A stretch of DNA of 64,000 nt. Origin: Candidatus Magasanikiibacteriota bacterium. GTDB lineage: Bacteria > Patescibacteriota > Patescibacteriia > Magasanikbacterales > GWA2-37-8. The translations under genes and the position numbers were made by a program. Below the pieces are notes generated by a model. That model saw nothing but the letters and a program-made list of their open reading frames with translations. It was not told the origin of the DNA and searched no databases. Location: contig CAWDHY010000001.1 of the NCBI GenBank assembly GCA_963802255.1, forward strand, positions 427,842 through 491,841, read 5' to 3'. Each line of letters starts with the position of its first letter. Positions within the stretch are counted from its first letter, which is position 1. Shown one piece after another: positions 58,811 through 64,000 of the stretch.

Positions 58811-59614
58811 CTAATTTGTAATCAATACGGAAACAATTGATAATTTGGGAAGATCTGTGCCGGGCGTCAGTAATGCCGCCTGAAAAGGGCGGTAAGTCTC
58901 ATTTTCTATTGCCGTTATTGAACCAATAAATAGGCCGCGCGGCATTGCCTCCTCGAGACCGGATGTAACTATCATGTCTCCAACTTTAACAATTTCATTG
59001 CGGGGAATAAAATTCATTTTAACGCTCAATCCATATCCGCCCTCAACTACCCCGAGACTTCTATCATTATTCAGAATCGTTGCGCCAATTTTTGAAGCAC
59101 TGTCATTTAAAAGCCGGACTACGGCCATACCAGCTTCCGCTTTTATAATTTTTCCTATAAGAATGCCGTTACCGACAATAACCGGCTGATTAATTTTTAA
59201 CCCTTCGCCCGTTCCCTTGTCTATTAATATTGTTTGATCTGTTTGCTCAATATTTTTACCGATTACCCTTGCAACAACCGAATCGATAGAATTATTTTCA
59301 TTAAATTTTAATGCTTCCTTTAATGTATTATTTTCTTCTTCAAGCAATTTAATTTTTGCATCTTCTACAATTCTGTTTTCAAGATCAAACCGGCATTCCC
59401 GATAAGAATCAAAGAAAGCTTTTTTATCCTTAAAAAACTCATAATTGTCGCCGACGTCAATGCTTAAGTCGTTCGTTTGCGTAAATAGCGGTAAAAAAAC
59501 CAGACGCAGCTTATTTTTAAAAAAATTAAGCCATCCGATGTAGTTTAAAAAAACAAGCAATATTAATATTGCTCCTAAAACTAAGTAGGTTTTCTTTCCG
59601 CGTATGTCTAACAT
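58811..59614 (-). CDS. mreC: rod shape-determining protein MreC
   Basis: 267 aa. TM, coiled coil and beta domain ('VIVGNGILIGKIIKAEAGMAVVRLL'). Immediately downstream of mreB. Confidence 0.7.
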   Translation of the reverse strand: MLDIRGKKTYLVLGAILILLVFLNYIGWLNFFKNKLRLVFLPLFTQTNDLSIDVGDNYEFFKDKKAFFDSYRECRFDLENRIVEDAKIKLLEEENNTLKEALKFNENNSIDSVVARVIGKNIEQTDQTILIDKGTGEGLKINQPVIVGNGILIGKIIKAEAGMAVVRLLNDSASKIGATILNNDRSLGVVEGGYGLSVKMNFIPRNEIVKVGDMIVTSGLEEAMPRGLFIGSITAIENETYRPFQAALLTPGTDLPKLSIVSVLITN

Positions 59615-59622
59615 AGAAAATG

Positions 59623-60672
59623 CTATCGCTTATCGTTTCTTAGAGGGTACACTGCCACTTCTTTTAACAGCGAAATATCTTCAAGAAGCATGGACGCTCC
59701 GCGCACAACCGCGGTCAGCGGGTCGTCTGCAATTCGCACCGGAATTTCCGTGGCTCTCATTATCAGCTGATCTATACCGCGCAACAATGCCCCTCCGCCG
59801 GTTAAAAGCAGGCCGCGTTCATGAATGTCTGCGATAAGTTCCGGCGGTGTCACTTCTAAAGTTCCCTTGATATTATCAACAATGGCTCTTAACGAGCGTG
59901 ACAATGCTTCGCGTACTTCAGCATCATTTATCATTACTTCTTTTGGAAGCCCGGTTACCATATCGCGTCCGCGCATCGGATAAACCATTTTTTCCTGCAT
60001 CTCGACGGCCGAACCGATTTTAATTTTTATTTCTTCAGCCTGCCTCTCACCAACCAAAAGATTAAACATTTCACGCGCGTATTGAGTGATATTATAATTA
60101 AATTCATCCCCCGCAATTTTGATTGATTTCCATTTAACAATACCGCTTAAAGATATCACTGCTATTTCAGTTGTGCCTCCGCCTATATCTACGATAAAAT
60201 TGCCGACAGGGTCTTGTACTGGCATTCTAGACCCGATCGCGCCTGCCATCGGCTCTTCCACAATCCACACCTCGCTTGCACCGGCGTTGAGAACGGCGTC
60301 GCTTACGGCTTTTCTTTCCACCTCAGTAAGGTCGATCGGAGCACCCACTACTACTCTCGGCCGGGTCATAAAATTAAACGAACCCTCGTTGATTTTATCA
60401 ATGAAGTGAGCCAGCATTTTTTCGGTTACTTCAAAATCAGAAATAATACCGCCTGTAAGCGGTCGTGATGTAATAATGTGGGGTGGCGTTTTGCCAAGCA
60501 TCTCTTTTGCTTCATTTCCGACCGCAAGTATTTGTTCAGTTCTGGTATTAACTGAAACGACGCTCGGTTCGTTGATGATTATCCCCTTCCCTTTAACGTA
60601 AATTAAAGTATTGGCAGTACCAAGATCGATACCCAAATCTTTTCTGAATCTATTGAAAAAATTATTTAACAT
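59623..60672 (-). CDS. mreB: rod shape-determining protein MreB
   Basis: 349 aa. 'LGIDLGTANTLIYVKGKGIIINEPSVV', 'VIGAPIDLTEVERKAV', 'IVDIGGGTTEIAVISL'. Confidence 0.9.
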   Translation of the reverse strand: MLNNFFNRFRKDLGIDLGTANTLIYVKGKGIIINEPSVVSVNTRTEQILAVGNEAKEMLGKTPPHIITSRPLTGGIISDFEVTEKMLAHFIDKINEGSFNFMTRPRVVVGAPIDLTEVERKAVSDAVLNAGASEVWIVEEPMAGAIGSRMPVQDPVGNFIVDIGGGTTEIAVISLSGIVKWKSIKIAGDEFNYNITQYAREMFNLLVGERQAEEIKIKIGSAVEMQEKMVYPMRGRDMVTGLPKEVMINDAEVREALSRSLRAIVDNIKGTLEVTPPELIADIHERGLLLTGGGALLRGIDQLIMRATEIPVRIADDPLTAVVRGASMLLEDISLLKEVAVYPLRNDKR

Positions 60673-61063
60673 AATTTCTGTTTTGATACTTTCTGTTCGT
60701 AAAAATCAGACCTTCAAAAAATATATAACATGTTAAAAGCAAAATAAAGTTCCACCATGTCAATAGTCTGAATTGCGCCAAAAGCAGGTTTAAAATAATA
60801 AAAATTCCGAAAAAGAAACCCTGTCTGAATGTTCTTTTTATGTGGCGGAAAACGATGTCGTCATTTTTCAATATTTTTGCTCTGATAAAAAAACCAATAA
60901 CAGAAAAAGTACCAAGAACCGCTAAAAATAAGCTGGCGTAAAAAAGTGTGAAACCGATGATACCGGCAGTGTTCGGGTCGTAAATATAAACCACCAATAA
61001 CCAAACTAGCCAGCAAACAAGTGTGGCCAGAGACATGATGATTAAATATTGTCTCAGTGTCAT
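60662..61063 (-). CDS. small 4-TM membrane protein, unknown function
   Basis: 133 aa hydrophobic ORF between the DUF721 gene and mreB. No recognisable motif. Confidence 0.3.
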   Translation of the reverse strand: MTLRQYLIIMSLATLVCWLVWLLVVYIYDPNTAGIIGFTLFYASLFLAVLGTFSVIGFFIRAKILKNDDIVFRHIKRTFRQGFFFGIFIILNLLLAQFRLLTWWNFILLLTCYIFFEGLIFTNRKYQNRNYVK

Positions 61064-61113
61064 AGATGTCTTCTAATTTAGCAAATATTAGGCAAAAATG
61101 CAAGACCCGAGCA

Positions 61114-61404
61114 TTAGAGAATAAAGCGAATTTTATTTATTGATTTTACGCCAAATTCAGTGCGAATACGATCTAATATCAAAGATTCATTTAAGCGGAT
61201 TTCAGAAGCAGCCGAAGATGAAGATATTTGAACTCCAAGAACGCCGTTTTTGACATAGACAGCTTTAACAAAACCGGCTGACTCTGTTCCAAAAAGATCA
61301 GTCAGTATTTTGTTTGCCGATTCAACCGTTATTGCGGCGGCCGCCCCACGCATCATGGGAGAGCTTGTATTTTTTTCGCTAAATATTGATAGCAATGATT
61401 TCAT
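61114..61404 (-). CDS. DUF721 (DciA-like) domain protein
   Basis: 96 aa. '...FVKAVYVKNGVLGVQISSSSAASEIRLNESLILDRIRTEFGVKSINKIRFIL' fits the DUF721 pattern (a central strand and a C-terminal 'V..I.F.'). Confidence 0.45.
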   Translation of the reverse strand: MKSLLSIFSEKNTSSPMMRGAAAAITVESANKILTDLFGTESAGFVKAVYVKNGVLGVQISSSSAASEIRLNESLILDRIRTEFGVKSINKIRFIL

Positions 61405-61410
61405 ATATTT

Positions 61411-64000
61411 TTACGCCCTATAATTACAAATATCGCGAAAATCGCAATGGCCACAAATAAATTTTTCCGGCTTGGGATTAAAATCAAGCGATTTAATACG
61501 GCTTAAAATTTCAGAAATATTTTTTTCAAGCTTTGAGATTTCTTTGTCCGACCCCAAAAATGAAACTTTATTGTTTTCATCCAAATAATAATATGTTAAT
61601 AATCCGGCTTCGCCGATATTTTTAAATTCCGGCAATTGTTTAATGGCAATCTGGTAGATTAACAGCTGTTCTTTATCTTCTCCGGTAATTTTATCTTTTC
61701 CCTGCCCGGTTTTATAGTCGACTATTTCCAGTCGTCCGTCAGGCATCTTGTCTATTCGGTCGATTCTTCCGCGCAAAAGATTGCCGTCTATTCTGACAGT
61801 AAATTCAGTTTCCAAAGCAACAGGCAATGTCCATTTGTTTTCGTGTGATTTGTAGAACTCACTAAGAATAGTCCGGCCTTTTTCGTAATATTCCTCGCGC
61901 TGTTTTTGACTTTTGTACCATTCTTTTATCCAGCATTCTTCATAAATTGAAAATAATTCCTCAAGCGCAGGAACCTTGATTGAAGAAGAATCGCTTTTTT
62001 CCGCGTTTGGCCGGTTAAAGAGAGTGTCCTGATTAACCCGATTGATTTCTGTTAGGCGTTTATAAAATCGTTCTAAAGTACAATGCATTGTGGAACCGAA
62101 GCTGAAACTCGGGCTTCCTTGTTTGGGAAGACGTAAAATATTAGACAGCTTATACTGGTATGGACACTTCTCATATTTTTGAATTTGAGAAAATGAAAAA
62201 AATTTCGGCAGTTCGTAAACGAGTTCTTTTTGGTTGTCAATTTTTTTTGCCGGCTTATTTTTTTCCAGTTTTGAGGTGGCAGTTTGCCTTTGACCGTCAA
62301 CGCTGAATCCGATTTCATCCAAAAAACGGCTTAGTTTTTTCTCCCGGGCGCCACCATAATCATTGGCGCTTGTCAGATATAAAATATTTTTCGCCCGAGT
62401 CATTGCAACATAAAATAATCGTCTTTCTTCGTATATATGAATATCGCCTTCAGGCAACTGTTCCTTAACCAACTGTTCGGGGATTTCAATATCGCCACCT
62501 CGCCTGCGGGTCGGAAATCTTTCTTCCACAAGATTTACCATAAATACATATTTGTATTCCAGGCCTTTAGCGGTGTGAACCGTAAGAATATTTACCGAGT
62601 CAGGAGTATCTTTCGGCTGTTTCATTACGCCGAGATCGCCGGAATCAACCACTTCATTAAAATGGCTGAGAAAGTCCGTTACACTGGCATCGGGCGTCAT
62701 TGCTTCATAATTTGATATGTATTCAAAGAATTGGTTTAGCTGATATATTTGGCGTATCACCGACCTGTCACCCTTGTCTTCACCATTTGCCAAAAATTTT
62801 AAATAGCCGCTAAGTTCAAAAAATTTATAAACAACAACAGTTGGTTTTTCATTGCGTTTAAGCTTCATCCCTTCGTGTATCCAGGAAAGCAGTTTCTCAA
62901 AAACAATCAATCCTTCTTTTGATAATTTTATCTCTGTCGCTCTCTTTAATGCTTCATAATATGAAACACTATTCTTTGCCGCAAAATGGGTAAGTTTTTG
63001 TATGTCATTTTCTTTAAGCTCAAGAAACGGCATGTTTAAAAGGCGGTATATCGCGGATGACTCGTGATAAGAGTCAATTACTTTCAAAAAATTTATGCAA
63101 TCCAGCACAATCGGCTGTCTAAACAAACCGGCCGCCGCTAAAAATTCGTATGGAATGCCATGCTTTTCAAATAAGTTCGCAAATTCATTGGCATGATTAT
63201 TGGCCCGCACCAGTATTGCAAAATCATCCCAAACAATATTTTCATCTGAATTCTTGATTTTAATTATTTCTTCAACAACAAATTTTATTTCCCCGTCAAT
63301 TGAATCATGATGAGCGTGTATAACGCATTTTTTAACTGAATCGCGCGGTTCTTTCTTTCCCGAAGATAATTTTTTATTAATTTTTAATTTAACTTCCAGC
63401 CGGTCCGGATTATTATTTTGTATCAATTTATACGCGCTATCCAAAATTTCCTGAGATGAGCGATAATTTTCATTTAATACAATTTCGCCCGCATTTGGAA
63501 AGTCGTCCTTAAAGCGCAAGATATTTGAAACCGATGCGCCGCGGAAAGCATAGATGCTCTGGTCGTCATCCCCTACCACGGTAAGCTGTGATCCTCCCGA
63601 AGCAATTTTTTTGACCAATTCGCATTGCGCCCAGTTCACATCCTGAAACTCATCCACTAAAATATATTTAAATTTATTTTGCAGTTGCCGCAGAATTGAA
63701 GGGCGTTTTTCCAGCAGTATGTTGGCATAATATATCAGGTCGCCAAAATCAAGTGCATTATGACTAAGCAGCAGCCGGTTGTATACATGATAGGCATTGC
63801 TGATTTCCGCCAGACGGGTTCTTTCGTCCGCTTCCGCACTGTCCTTGTCCAGTTTTACATTTTCCGCGTATTCCAGATAATTTTCCGGGCTTATCATCTC
63901 ATCTTTACATTTGGAAAAATGTTTTATCAGCTCATGAATAAATTTAGTCGGATTGCCGATCGGTCGATAATAGTCAAGATTAAATTTATCAAGATGTTTG
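61411..64000 (-). CDS. UvrD/PcrA-like helicase fused to a C-terminal PD-(D/E)xK nuclease with a Cys cluster (AddA/AdnB-like). The 5' end runs off the window.
   Basis: The ORF continues past 64000 on the minus strand, with no stop upstream of the first listed Met. Helicase motifs 'VDEFQDVN' (II), 'TVHTAKGLEYKYVF' (VI). Nuclease motifs 'GRIDRID...LEIVDYKTGQ' and 'CGHCDFRDIC'. Confidence 0.7.
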   Translation of the reverse strand, partial: KHLDKFNLDYYRPIGNPTKFIHELIKHFSKCKDEMISPENYLEYAENVKLDKDSAEADERTRLAEISNAYHVYNRLLLSHNALDFGDLIYYANILLEKRPSILRQLQNKFKYILVDEFQDVNWAQCELVKKIASGGSQLTVVGDDDQSIYAFRGASVSNILRFKDDFPNAGEIVLNENYRSSQEILDSAYKLIQNNNPDRLEVKLKINKKLSSGKKEPRDSVKKCVIHAHHDSIDGEIKFVVEEIIKIKNSDENIVWDDFAILVRANNHANEFANLFEKHGIPYEFLAAAGLFRQPIVLDCINFLKVIDSYHESSAIYRLLNMPFLELKENDIQKLTHFAAKNSVSYYEALKRATEIKLSKEGLIVFEKLLSWIHEGMKLKRNEKPTVVVYKFFELSGYLKFLANGEDKGDRSVIRQIYQLNQFFEYISNYEAMTPDASVTDFLSHFNEVVDSGDLGVMKQPKDTPDSVNILTVHTAKGLEYKYVFMVNLVEERFPTRRRGGDIEIPEQLVKEQLPEGDIHIYEERRLFYVAMTRAKNILYLTSANDYGGAREKKLSRFLDEIGFSVDGQRQTATSKLEKNKPAKKIDNQKELVYELPKFFSFSQIQKYEKCPYQYKLSNILRLPKQGSPSFSFGSTMHCTLERFYKRLTEINRVNQDTLFNRPNAEKSDSSSIKVPALEELFSIYEECWIKEWYKSQKQREEYYEKGRTILSEFYKSHENKWTLPVALETEFTVRIDGNLLRGRIDRIDKMPDGRLEIVDYKTGQGKDKITGEDKEQLLIYQIAIKQLPEFKNIGEAGLLTYYYLDENNKVSFLGSDKEISKLEKNISEILSRIKSLDFNPKPEKFICGHCDFRDICNYRA

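Noticed and set aside
1-64000. Search for tRNA, rRNA and CRISPR arrays
   Set aside because: No intergenic gap holds a T-loop (GTTCRANYC) consensus or cloverleaf-sized stable structure. There are no regularly spaced direct repeats. Visual scanning has limits, so tRNAscan or CRISPR-finder runs would confirm.

Overview
This is an AT-rich, gene-dense 64 kb window with no rRNA, tRNA or CRISPR and short intergenic gaps. The content and several oddities fit a reduced-genome Patescibacteria (CPR)-like bacterium: RpoA lacks a C-terminal domain, PriA looks ATPase-dead, and AlaRS lacks the C-Ala domain. Core genes include rpmA, rplU, recR, ybaB, dnaB, an infA-rpmJ-rpsM-rpsK-rpsD-rpoA-rplQ-rplM-rpsI ribosomal block, mnmA, alaS, gltX, serS, lysS, fmt, def, priA, clpB, alr, greA, mreBCD with pbp2, ftsQ and xer. 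Two glycan-biosynthesis loci are present. Locus 1 (16-13988) holds several GT2 and GT4 genes, a GT11 fucosyltransferase, five methyltransferases (three of FkbM type) and a ugd-uxs-epimerase UDP-xylose module. Locus 2 (32249-36911) is wzx-GT4-GT2-wzy-like. A wecA-like initiating transferase, a GtrA-like gene and a GT26 WecG/TagA gene are scattered elsewhere. Locus 1 carries four frameshifts in three genes within about 5.5 kb, one of them in an A7 tract, and I saw none in the rest of the window. The candidate novel module is a soluble TraD/VirD4/HerA-like P-loop NTPase (22172-23968) with its own promoter, followed by a tandem CxxC-x18-CxxC zinc-ribbon protein and a terminator. Other points for follow-up are a CIRCE-like inverted repeat in a compact divergent clpB/GT26 control region, a structured RNA between infA and rpmJ, and a UvrD-like helicase fused to a Cys-cluster PD-(D/E)xK nuclease next to a DUF721/DciA-like gene. 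rplU and rpmA are also separated and divergent, with wecA and a DUF192 gene between them. No mobile element was found. The single tyrosine recombinase looks like chromosomal Xer.
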